Below the pieces are notes generated by a model, which saw only the letters and a program-made list of their open reading frames with translations, did no database searches and was not told the origin of the DNA. From the NCBI GenBank assembly GCA_003144275.1, contig NJBF01000010.1, forward strand, positions 27,861 through 91,860: a DNA stretch of 64,000 nt, given 5' to 3'. Shown here one piece after another: positions 29,166-37,343 of the stretch. The position numbers and the translations under genes were made by a program. Positions within the stretch are counted from its first letter, which is position 1. Every line of letters starts with the position of its first letter. This DNA comes from Candidatus Heimdallarchaeota archaeon B3_Heim (GTDB taxonomy: Archaea > Asgardarchaeota > Heimdallarchaeia > Hodarchaeales > Hodarchaeaceae).

Positions 29166-30461
29166 ATGGCAGCTGGCAAAACTGATTTATTATATATTTT
29201 TTTAGGATTGGTTCTTACTATATCTGTTTTTGCGTCTGGAACAGGAAAAATTACCCAGATTACAACAAATGTGCAGATTCCATCAGTAGGGTTGGTTGGG
29301 ACATGGATGGATGACACAGGATATAATGAAACATTTGAAATTGTCAATGAAAATGCTACCCATTTCATATTAGATATTTATGGAAATGATACAATTCCCA
29401 TTACCTCTTATGTTAGTAAAGCTGTATGGATTGATTATTCGTATCTATGGGAAGGAATTATGGGGTGGCCAGGCTGGATTAGTGTTAATGGGTTAACCAT
29501 AGGAGAAAAAGTAACAGTAGGTGATTCATCCTTTGAAGTTGTTAGCGTAGATTACCTCACCACCCCGTTAGGCACATATTCAGTTTATATAGTTAATGCA
29601 ACGGACGGTCGTTCTTATAATTATGGCGTGAACACTGGATTTCTGCTTGGATACCGTTCTGGTTCTAGTTTCCACTTTCTTACCGCAACCAACGGAGATT
29701 TGAGTAAGGATTCTTACCAAGGCGGTGTCCACGTTCCTTTTGTGGGTTTTCGTGCTGTTTATCTACTGGATGGAGGTGTCAATGAAACTGTCGTGATTAC
29801 AGGGGAGAATTCTTCCCATTATTTCGTAGATCTGTTTACTGATGGGATTCTCATTGATCAGTCCTTTATTTCTAAATTCATTTGGATGGATCGAGTGTAT
29901 CTATGGAATGGAATTATGGGGTGGCCTATTTGGATCAATGTCACGGATTTAACTCTCGGTCAAAATGTAACACTCGGTATAGAAAGCTATGAGGTTATCG
30001 ATAAGACTAGCCTTACGGTACCGGTTGGTGATTTTGTAGTGTGGAATATATCAAGAACACTAGAAAATAGGACGTATTGGTATGAAGTTAGCTCCGGCCT
30101 TCTTATTGCCTATGCCTTCCCTAATGAATATCACTACCTTGCTGCTACTAATGCAGTTAATGAAACAGAATCTACAACCACTGAACCGCTAACTACTACA
30201 TCTCCTCCTACAACTACTACACCGGGAACAGAAACTACAACCACTGAACCTGAAACGACAGAACCACTAATCAGTTCTACTACGACTGCCTCCTCGGAAG
30301 ATTCTACGAGTGATGAATCTGAAACTACCACTTCAGAAAGTGATTCATCCATAACAAACGATTCCACTGTTCCTTCACTCTCACCAGGCTTTTCTCTTCC
30401 TGTAGGACTAATAACTATCGGGATAATATTTCGGATAATTAGGAATCGTAAAAAGAAATAA
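29166..30461 (+). CDS. secreted glycoprotein candidate with an internal tandem duplication, Thr/Ser-rich linker and PGF-CTERM anchor
   Basis: Signal peptide (LLYIFLGLVLTISVFASG). Two homologous ~95-aa units (VWIDYSYLWEGIMGWPGWISVNGLTIGEKVTVG... / IWMDRVYLWNGIMGWPIWINVTDLTLGQNVTLG...). More than 10 NxS/T sequons. C-terminus ...TTTEPLTTTSPPTTTTPGTETTTTEPETTE...SLSPGFSLPVGLITIGIIFRIIRNRKKK. Confidence 0.65.
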   Translation: MAAGKTDLLYIFLGLVLTISVFASGTGKITQITTNVQIPSVGLVGTWMDDTGYNETFEIVNENATHFILDIYGNDTIPITSYVSKAVWIDYSYLWEGIMGWPGWISVNGLTIGEKVTVGDSSFEVVSVDYLTTPLGTYSVYIVNATDGRSYNYGVNTGFLLGYRSGSSFHFLTATNGDLSKDSYQGGVHVPFVGFRAVYLLDGGVNETVVITGENSSHYFVDLFTDGILIDQSFISKFIWMDRVYLWNGIMGWPIWINVTDLTLGQNVTLGIESYEVIDKTSLTVPVGDFVVWNISRTLENRTYWYEVSSGLLIAYAFPNEYHYLAATNAVNETESTTTEPLTTTSPPTTTTPGTETTTTEPETTEPLISSTTTASSEDSTSDESETTTSESDSSITNDSTVPSLSPGFSLPVGLITIGIIFRIIRNRKKK

Positions 30462-30508
30462 ATTTCTTTCTCTTCTTTTTTTTTGTTTCCCCAAGTAAAT
30501 AGAGGGAA

Positions 30509-31090
30509 TTAATTAATAGCTTGAAAATCTACATCAATCTTCGAGTTTAATATACTGATTTGTAATTGTGAGTTCTTTGTTTGCTGCACACGCCAAATAG
30601 GGTGCTGAGAAAGCAAGCTTCTTTCTACAAATGTTTGATTCATTCTATTTAACGTGACTCCAATTAGCTTCACATTCGTTGAATCCGAAAATGCTTTAGT
30701 TTTTAATTTTCTCTTTATATAGTGATTTAGATGAAACCAATAAATTTTAGTTGAGGGTAAAGATCGTGCAAGTTTCATTAATTTTGATAATTTTACTTTC
30801 TTACATTCTATCCAAATGTCAATCTCAGGTTTCATTTCGTGGGGAATTTCTGGATTTCTGAAAGCCACCAAATCAGGTTTAAATCTTCGATATCGAAACT
30901 TAGGCTCTATAATGAGTTTTCTATTCATCTTGTAGAAATAGAGATAGGCGAGGAGTTTAAGGGTAATGTGTAAGGTTGATTCAGTTTTTTTCTTTATTAA
31001 AATCACAGTTTGTCGATTAACACATCCATTATCTAGAGAATACTCAATCTTCAAGTTGATTTTTAAGGGAATGGGCACTACATTTTCCAC
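30509..31090 (-). CDS. hypothetical protein, possible PD-(D/E)xK nuclease fold
   Basis: ...FKPDLVAFRNPEIPHEMKPEIDIWIECKKV... fits PD-x(n)-D/E-x-K. No partner methyltransferase gene adjacent. Confidence 0.3.
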   Translation of the reverse strand: MENVVPIPLKINLKIEYSLDNGCVNRQTVILIKKKTESTLHITLKLLAYLYFYKMNRKLIIEPKFRYRRFKPDLVAFRNPEIPHEMKPEIDIWIECKKVKLSKLMKLARSLPSTKIYWFHLNHYIKRKLKTKAFSDSTNVKLIGVTLNRMNQTFVERSLLSQHPIWRVQQTKNSQLQISILNSKIDVDFQAIN

Positions 31091-31125
31091 GCAATCAGTC
31101 TTATTTGGTTGATAAACTTAGGTTG

Positions 31126-31995
31126 TCAAGAAACTATTCCAAATATTTCCTTGATAATCTTAGCTGCAGCATATCCAGTAATACCAGATTTATCATGTTT
31201 AGGGTTAATTTCGACTATATCAAAGAATTTAATTGGTAATCCTGCTAATTCATGTATTAAGTCTACAACATTGGAAGTTGATAGTCCCGCTGGTTCAGGA
31301 TTTCCTACACCGGGAGCATATGCAGGATCAAGAACATCTAAATCGATGGAAAGGTAAATTTGATCTAAATGGCCCGTTCTTTCCTTAATTTTTTTCTCCA
31401 AATTCTCTATTCCAAGGCGAAGGACTTCCTTTCTTGTGACAATTAAAATTCCTTTTTCGTTTGCAAAATCAATTTGTTCTTTTGTTGCAGCTCTAATGCC
31501 AACTTGAACAATATTTTGAGATTTAATCTCCGTATACTCTAAAACTCTTCGTAATACACATGCATGGGAATATTTGCTACCTTCATAGGTATCATAAAGA
31601 TCAGGATGAGCATCAAAGTAAATTATACCCGTATTTTTTGGGTTTATTGCATGTAAGCAAAGATAAGTGATTAAGTGGTCACCCCCTAAGAACATTATTG
31701 GTTCTTCGGTCCTATGTTTTTCTATCTGGTCACTAATACTGCTGATGATCTCGCTAAAATTCTTATCTTTTGTGTCTATGTTTCCAAGATCATTAATTTT
31801 CCATCGTTGGGATAATTCAATTCCTGTCTCTGTAAAAGTGTTGTAAATCTTTGATGATGTAGCGTTTCTAATATAATTCGGACCTTGTATAGCACCAAAT
31901 CTGTAAGAGGATGACTTATCCCATGAAATTCCAAGAACAAGAAGATCTCGCGCTTCTTTGTTAATATTTGTAGTTAAACTGAAAAAATCACTCAT
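31126..31995 (-). CDS. speB: agmatinase / arginase-family ureohydrolase
   Basis: Mn-binding motifs GGDHLITY, DAHPD, SIDLDVLDPAYAPG. Confidence 0.8.
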   Translation of the reverse strand: MSDFFSLTTNINKEARDLLVLGISWDKSSSYRFGAIQGPNYIRNATSSKIYNTFTETGIELSQRWKINDLGNIDTKDKNFSEIISSISDQIEKHRTEEPIMFLGGDHLITYLCLHAINPKNTGIIYFDAHPDLYDTYEGSKYSHACVLRRVLEYTEIKSQNIVQVGIRAATKEQIDFANEKGILIVTRKEVLRLGIENLEKKIKERTGHLDQIYLSIDLDVLDPAYAPGVGNPEPAGLSTSNVVDLIHELAGLPIKFFDIVEINPKHDKSGITGYAAAKIIKEIFGIVS

Positions 31996-32205
31996 AGGTT
32001 CACCTACTTGTGCTTAAACAAATTCTGACTTCACTATAGATGTCATTAAGAAGATTATCTAGATTCTATTTATTTACCTCTAATGAGTAATAATCCACTA
32101 TACTGGTGTAGGTAGAATTAGTGGTTGAGGGATAATGGCAACCGTGGGAGACTAATATTATGAAGAAACCTATACTGAATTCTCTGTATTAACAGGTGCA
32201 ACAGG

Positions 32206-32787
32206 TTGAGTAAGAAGAAACAACGATGTGAATGGGCGGGTGAGGAACCACAAATGCGAAATTATCATGATGAGGAGTGGGGAGTACCAGTTCATGATGA
32301 TCGAGAGCTATTTGAATTGTTAATTTTAGAAGGAGCACAGGCTGGTTTGAGCTGGGCTACTATCTTAAAACGACGAGAAGGTTATCGTAAAGCTTTCGTG
32401 AATTTTGACATTAATAAAGTAGCTCAATTTTCAGACAAAGATTTCGATCATTTAATTGTGAATGAAGCTATTATACGTAATAAATTGAAGGTCAAGAGCG
32501 CAATAAATAATGCACAGAGATTCATTGAAGTACAAAACGAATTTGGTTCATTTAACAAATATATCTGGTCGTTTATTGATCATAAACCCATCCATAACCA
32601 ATTTGTTTCGCTTTCCGAAATCCCAGCATCAACACCTCTTTCAGTAAGAATAAGCAAGGATCTGAAAAAACGTGGTTTTAATTTTATTGGTCCGACGATC
32701 TGTTATGCGTATATGCAATCCATAGGTATGGTTAATGACCACGTAGTAAATTGTTTTCGATATAACACCATTAAGAATATGGAATGA
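32206..32787 (+). CDS. tag: DNA-3-methyladenine glycosylase I
   Basis: CEWAGEEP..YHDEEWGVP...ELFELLILEGAQAGLSWATIL, the Tag Zn-snap/HhH family signature. Confidence 0.8.
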   Translation: MSKKKQRCEWAGEEPQMRNYHDEEWGVPVHDDRELFELLILEGAQAGLSWATILKRREGYRKAFVNFDINKVAQFSDKDFDHLIVNEAIIRNKLKVKSAINNAQRFIEVQNEFGSFNKYIWSFIDHKPIHNQFVSLSEIPASTPLSVRISKDLKKRGFNFIGPTICYAYMQSIGMVNDHVVNCFRYNTIKNME

Positions 32788-32899
32788 AGTTTTTGGCGAT
32801 TGTTATGTTGCTTGATTAGATTTCTTATATATTTCCACTAATTAATCAGACTGACGAACAATTTTAAAACCTAACAAGTTTTTCAAGAATTGTTTCATT

Positions 32900-34564
32900 A
32901 TGTCTTTAGTTTACATGAAAGTATTGGAGAAAGATCCAAAGACATACGATTGGGAGTTTAAAAAGAGATTCCCTGAAGTTGAACATATTTATGAGTTGAT
33001 AAAGACCAGAATTGGGGAACAGGGACGTGTTCTTGAAATTGGGAGTGGAACAGGACGATTAGCGATTGATATAGCTAAACAGGGGTTAGAAGTAACTGCA
33101 ATTGATGTTTCTGAAGAGATGATCAACCATGCAAGAATAACTGCGGGAAAAGAGAATATAGACTTGGAGTTCATCATTGGTAACTTCCTTGCTCTTCCTA
33201 TATTCGAACAACTTCAAGAATCTGGATCATTTGATTTCATTATCTCCACATTTGCTTTATCTGAAATGTCTCCTCTTCAACAAACATTATTCCTGAAACA
33301 AATATCCCTTTTACTAAAACAGGAAGGAATTTGCTTTCTGGTTACCGATACCGCCCCTAGTTCAGGAATATCCAAGATAGGTTTTTCGATTAGAAATTTT
33401 ATTCGTGCGCAAGTTTCGATTTTTAAGGACATCCCCTCCACAAACCCTGTAAAGAAAGTAGAGACTAAAATCGATCCCTTTTTTGAAAGTACACTTCAAT
33501 TTCAAAAGAAAACAATCAAGTTATTCGAAATCACTAAGAAAGTTGAAGACTCAGCCATATCTGAAGAGCTTCCATCCGTTAAAGCTATTTTAGGATCATA
33601 TTCACAATTAAAAACTGCTTATTGTATCGTCAATGGAATATTGACAAGAAAGAGCGTACCTCCTGGCTTATATCGGATTGGGAATCCACGAAGAAATTCA
33701 CCAGTTCTGGTAACTGCAAATTACTATTGGACGGTAGATTCTGTATTTAAACTTCTTCACAAGGAGACTATTGATTGCTTTCTATTAATAGTAGATTCAA
33801 ATGGAATAAATGTGTGGTGTGCTGCAGGGGGAGGCCATTTTACACATACACAAATATTAGACGCAATTAGGTTATTTGATGTCAAAGAAATGATTGATCA
33901 TTCTACCATAATATTACCTCAATTATCAGCAACAGGAGTAGATCGAAAGGAATTGTCTAAAGCAGGTTGGAAACCAGTTTTTGGCCCCGTAGATATCAAA
34001 AATGTTAATACATTTCTAGAATCATTCACAAAAAAATCTAAAACAGCGATGGTTGAGTTTAACTTAGCATTTAGAACTCTAATGGGAATACAACATGCGT
34101 TCTTTATTAGTTGTGTTCTTTTCCTCCCTTTGTTACTGATTCTTGGTATTTTAGCGGCTATAGAGATTCCATTGACATCTTTTTGGTTTTCTGTTGTATT
34201 TCAGCTGTTTATCCTCGGTTGGATTATTAATATGCTATTTATTTGGGGTTACCCAATTTTTAACTTCACATCTTCTTTCTTTAAAAAGGGCCTTTCAGTA
34301 GCAATAATCAACTCAATTGTGGTTTTATTTTATCTGATAACTCAGATAAAGATCATATCTTTGTATAGCTTAATTTTCTGGGTCGCTTTGGTTACTGTAG
34401 TGAGTTTATTCATAATTCTAGATCTTGCTGGGAACACCCCTTTTACTAATCACTTAGATGTTGAAAGCGATCTGACTCTGTTCATGGTACCGGCATTGAT
34501 TCTTTGCCTTATTGCGATATTTATTCCGTTGGTTAGTTCAGATATTAAACACTTATTATTTTGA
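32900..34564 (+). CDS. hgcA: fusion protein: N-terminal class-I SAM-dependent methyltransferase domain + HgcA-like corrinoid-binding domain + C-terminal 5-TM domain
   Basis: aa 40-160 carry MTase motif I VLEIGSGTGRLAID, post-I acidic residue (EVTAIDVS) and motif IV-like FDFIIS. aa ~250-370 carry SPVLVTANYYWTVDSV...DSNGINVWCAAGGGHF (HgcA cap-helix motif N(V/I)WCA(A/G)GK, with K replaced by G). aa ~390-554 carry 5 hydrophobic helices. Confidence 0.7.
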   Translation: MSLVYMKVLEKDPKTYDWEFKKRFPEVEHIYELIKTRIGEQGRVLEIGSGTGRLAIDIAKQGLEVTAIDVSEEMINHARITAGKENIDLEFIIGNFLALPIFEQLQESGSFDFIISTFALSEMSPLQQTLFLKQISLLLKQEGICFLVTDTAPSSGISKIGFSIRNFIRAQVSIFKDIPSTNPVKKVETKIDPFFESTLQFQKKTIKLFEITKKVEDSAISEELPSVKAILGSYSQLKTAYCIVNGILTRKSVPPGLYRIGNPRRNSPVLVTANYYWTVDSVFKLLHKETIDCFLLIVDSNGINVWCAAGGGHFTHTQILDAIRLFDVKEMIDHSTIILPQLSATGVDRKELSKAGWKPVFGPVDIKNVNTFLESFTKKSKTAMVEFNLAFRTLMGIQHAFFISCVLFLPLLLILGILAAIEIPLTSFWFSVVFQLFILGWIINMLFIWGYPIFNFTSSFFKKGLSVAIINSIVVLFYLITQIKIISLYSLIFWVALVTVVSLFIILDLAGNTPFTNHLDVESDLTLFMVPALILCLIAIFIPLVSSDIKHLLF

Positions 34565-34567
34565 AAT

Positions 34568-34843
34568 GTGATAGAGATGGTAGCTGTTATATTTATTGAG
34601 AGGTGTAATGGATGTGCTTGGTGTCTAGATGTCTGTCCACATCAAATAATAATTTTAACTAATGATAAAAAGGCTGAGATCGTTAATGAAGAACGATGTA
34701 TAGAATGTGGGGCATGTGCATTACAATGTCCAAGAGATGCAATACTAGCTCATCCACTTGGATGTGGTTGTGTTTCTAGTGTGGTACGGAAGAAGGTTCG
34801 TAAATTGCTACATCTACCTGAGAAGTCCAAGCAGTGCTGTTAG
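34568..34843 (+). CDS. hgcB: HgcB-like 2x[4Fe-4S] ferredoxin with a C-terminal Cys-Cys
   Basis: Two CxxCxxCxxxCP motifs (CNGCAWCLDVCP, CIECGACALQCP), an extra Cys (GCGC) and a terminal ...SKQCC. Starts 4 bp after the hgcA-like stop. Confidence 0.7.
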   Translation: MIEMVAVIFIERCNGCAWCLDVCPHQIIILTNDKKAEIVNEERCIECGACALQCPRDAILAHPLGCGCVSSVVRKKVRKLLHLPEKSKQCC

Positions 34844-34918
34844 TGTTTCGAATTATCAAGCTTTAAATTCGTAATTCTAATGAAATTCTTCTTAAAAAAC
34901 TAAATTCTCTTAATAATC

Positions 34919-35455
34919 ATGCTGCGTAGCGAATTTCCTTTCAAAATTTCAGTAGTAAGTTCCCCTGATAAACTAGCAGAGTCTATGTTGCAAAACTACA
35001 GAGAATTAAAACCTAGCGATGATACATCGCCTCCTAGTTATGAGATAAAGATGGATGTCAGCGGCATTTCCGTTCGTCTCCATATTAAGCAAATCCAGTT
35101 AGGAAACAAAATTCCGACCTCTCGTATGAAAGAATTTCAAGGATCCATAGGAATGATATATATTTTTGAAAATAAAGATTTAACTTTGTTCAATGAAGTT
35201 AAAACTGATTATTATACCTTCGAACATCTTTATAAGACTGTGAATATACAACCTGTATTTCTAGGGGTGGGAAATAAACAAGATTCAAACGTAATGAAAC
35301 ACATCCACCAGACACTAAAAGAAATGAATCATAAGCTAGATGAGCTTGAACAGAACAGAAATAATTCTTTCACTCAACTTATTCGATCTGTTATCATTAA
35401 GTCTAAATCTTTTCAATCTACAACTCAAGGATCGTGTGATATTAATTTAGAATAA
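34919..35455 (+). CDS. small GTPase-like protein with a degenerate P-loop (possible pseudo-GTPase)
   Basis: Retains a G4-like FLGVGNKQD (NKxD) and small-GTPase size, but G1 is degenerate (KISVVSSPDKLAES) and G3 is absent. Confidence 0.3.
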   Translation: MLRSEFPFKISVVSSPDKLAESMLQNYRELKPSDDTSPPSYEIKMDVSGISVRLHIKQIQLGNKIPTSRMKEFQGSIGMIYIFENKDLTLFNEVKTDYYTFEHLYKTVNIQPVFLGVGNKQDSNVMKHIHQTLKEMNHKLDELEQNRNNSFTQLIRSVIIKSKSFQSTTQGSCDINLE

Positions 35456-35490
35456 TTATACAGTTAAAATAACGATACGGTAGAGGAATA

Positions 35491-36630
35491 TCATAAATCT
35501 GATAAAAGCCTTCCCCAGACTCTTAATAATTGATTAATTTGCTCTTCCCGTATAAGTTCTGAATCTTCTTCATCATCACCAAAGGAAAACTTCATTGTTT
35601 CTGTTGTTTCACCAATATAAAGATCGAGTAATGCCTCAGCTGAGAATAATCTGAGTTTCGCCTCACTATGTTGTGCAATCTCTTCAATGATTAGATCTTT
35701 GAGCCCAATGGCGATATCCTTTATTACGGAATAACCTGTTTCAAAGAACTGTTTCTGAAATTTTCGTGTTAGAAGAAGATCAAGCATGAAAGATTTATCG
35801 ATTGCCATAAAAAACTCGTTACCATAGATAAAACGGAGTTTCCTTATACTAGAAGTACCAAATACAAGAAATCGAGGCTTAGAGTTAAATAATGTTGAAA
35901 GTAATCCAATTATTGCCGCAAAATATCCTCCAAGAAGTACATCATCCTCAACATCATAAGAAAAGGGAATATCTCCCCCATCTTGATGAGAGATTAAACA
36001 CCAACTCGTTGGAGAAATATAATCAGCTTTTTCTGCCTTTTTTCTTAAATAATAATGAAATAACAAACATTCCTCTAAGGATAGAACTCCAAAATTTGAT
36101 CCTGATCTTCCAACAATTACTTCAACTTGGTTATTTTCAATGTAAGATGGATTGATATCAAGGATGATATTTTGGAGCTGCTTGGTTATTTTTTCTTGAT
36201 CTTGCTGGTTTGCGTCTTCAATACTCGTGGCATAAAGAATTGATGCTTGACCAACTAGTACAGCGGTCATGATTTCCTTAATATTGAACGGAATCCCCTC
36301 TTTTGCTGAGATTAACATAAGAGTTGTCGCTGGATTACTAATGATGAAATAAAAATGATTATGTAGCGAGACAATAAAAATTTCTGCCGTTTTTGTTCCT
36401 GAGTACTGCGGAAGATCGAAAGTTATACTTGCAATGCCTTCACCAAATAACTCCTCTCCGAATGTGCCAAGACCTTTTAGAAAATCTACAACAATTTGTT
36501 GAAATTCGTCTCTCGGTTCGCCGAATGTCCACTTTACTTCCTCTCCCTCAACAAAGATTGCCCAGTGTTCATGTTCTGTCATTTGCAATATAATCCTTAA
36601 TTCTGGAAAAGGAGTATCAGGCTTCTCCAA
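35491..36630 (-). CDS. hypothetical protein with repeated roadblock/longin-like modules
   Basis: 379 aa. Three segments of about 110 aa with a beta-beta-alpha-beta-beta-alpha pattern. Convergent with the GTPase-like gene. Confidence 0.3.
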   Translation of the reverse strand: MEKPDTPFPELRIILQMTEHEHWAIFVEGEEVKWTFGEPRDEFQQIVVDFLKGLGTFGEELFGEGIASITFDLPQYSGTKTAEIFIVSLHNHFYFIISNPATTLMLISAKEGIPFNIKEIMTAVLVGQASILYATSIEDANQQDQEKITKQLQNIILDINPSYIENNQVEVIVGRSGSNFGVLSLEECLLFHYYLRKKAEKADYISPTSWCLISHQDGGDIPFSYDVEDDVLLGGYFAAIIGLLSTLFNSKPRFLVFGTSSIRKLRFIYGNEFFMAIDKSFMLDLLLTRKFQKQFFETGYSVIKDIAIGLKDLIIEEIAQHSEAKLRLFSAEALLDLYIGETTETMKFSFGDDEEDSELIREEQINQLLRVWGRLLSDL

Positions 36631-37165
36631 GCTTCGCTGTTGAGATCATTAGATTTTCTACATTATTAGGTGTAAAAAAGCCATCAAAATCTCCAAATCG
36701 TTGAATATATTCAACAATATGATTGGTTGTTCCTATTGGCATCGTGAAAATTTGTTTAATTCCTTCTGATTCACTTCCAATTACTCCATCAGATGTAAAT
36801 TGCACACCACGAGATTTTTGGATTTCCACAACCTTAACTATGTCTTTCACGAGGTATGCCAGATGATGCACGCGAGAATCATATTTTTGACAATATTTCT
36901 CTACAATAGAATCTTCATTTAACCCCTCAGAAATGACTATTACAGGCGAAGTGTCATGAAGTTTGATACATGTGGTAATGGCATTCGCTCTGAGGATTTT
37001 AAAGTTCTTAAATTCACGATAGGGTAATAAATTCATCATAGCTCGCATTGTTGGTATTCGTTCTCCCATTTTCACCCTGTAGGCAACATGATCCAATTTA
37101 ACAATCAATTTATTTAATCCTGATTCATTAAAGTTCTCTATTACCTGTTTGAGGTCATTTGACAT
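36617..37165 (-). CDS. VOC-family protein related to the 4-hydroxyphenylpyruvate dioxygenase C-terminal domain
   Basis: HHLAY...GIKQIFT...EYIQRFGDFDGFFTPNNVENL resembles the HPPD C-terminal metal-binding motifs (H, H, E; FIQR; GF..GNF). Confidence 0.5.
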   Translation of the reverse strand: MSNDLKQVIENFNESGLNKLIVKLDHVAYRVKMGERIPTMRAMMNLLPYREFKNFKILRANAITTCIKLHDTSPVIVISEGLNEDSIVEKYCQKYDSRVHHLAYLVKDIVKVVEIQKSRGVQFTSDGVIGSESEGIKQIFTMPIGTTNHIVEYIQRFGDFDGFFTPNNVENLMISTAKLGEA

Positions 37166-37343
37166 GATATTTCCTTTCCTAATTCTAAAGCTTCATTAGA
37201 ACTTCTGAATAGAAGGTGTTTATATCTTTAATAATAGGTACGATTAACAGTTTATTAATAATTATCTATTTAATAATTTCTGGATATTTTGATATAGTGG
37301 TTTATTGAAAAATGATAGACTAGTTTATTCACGTGGTTAAACA

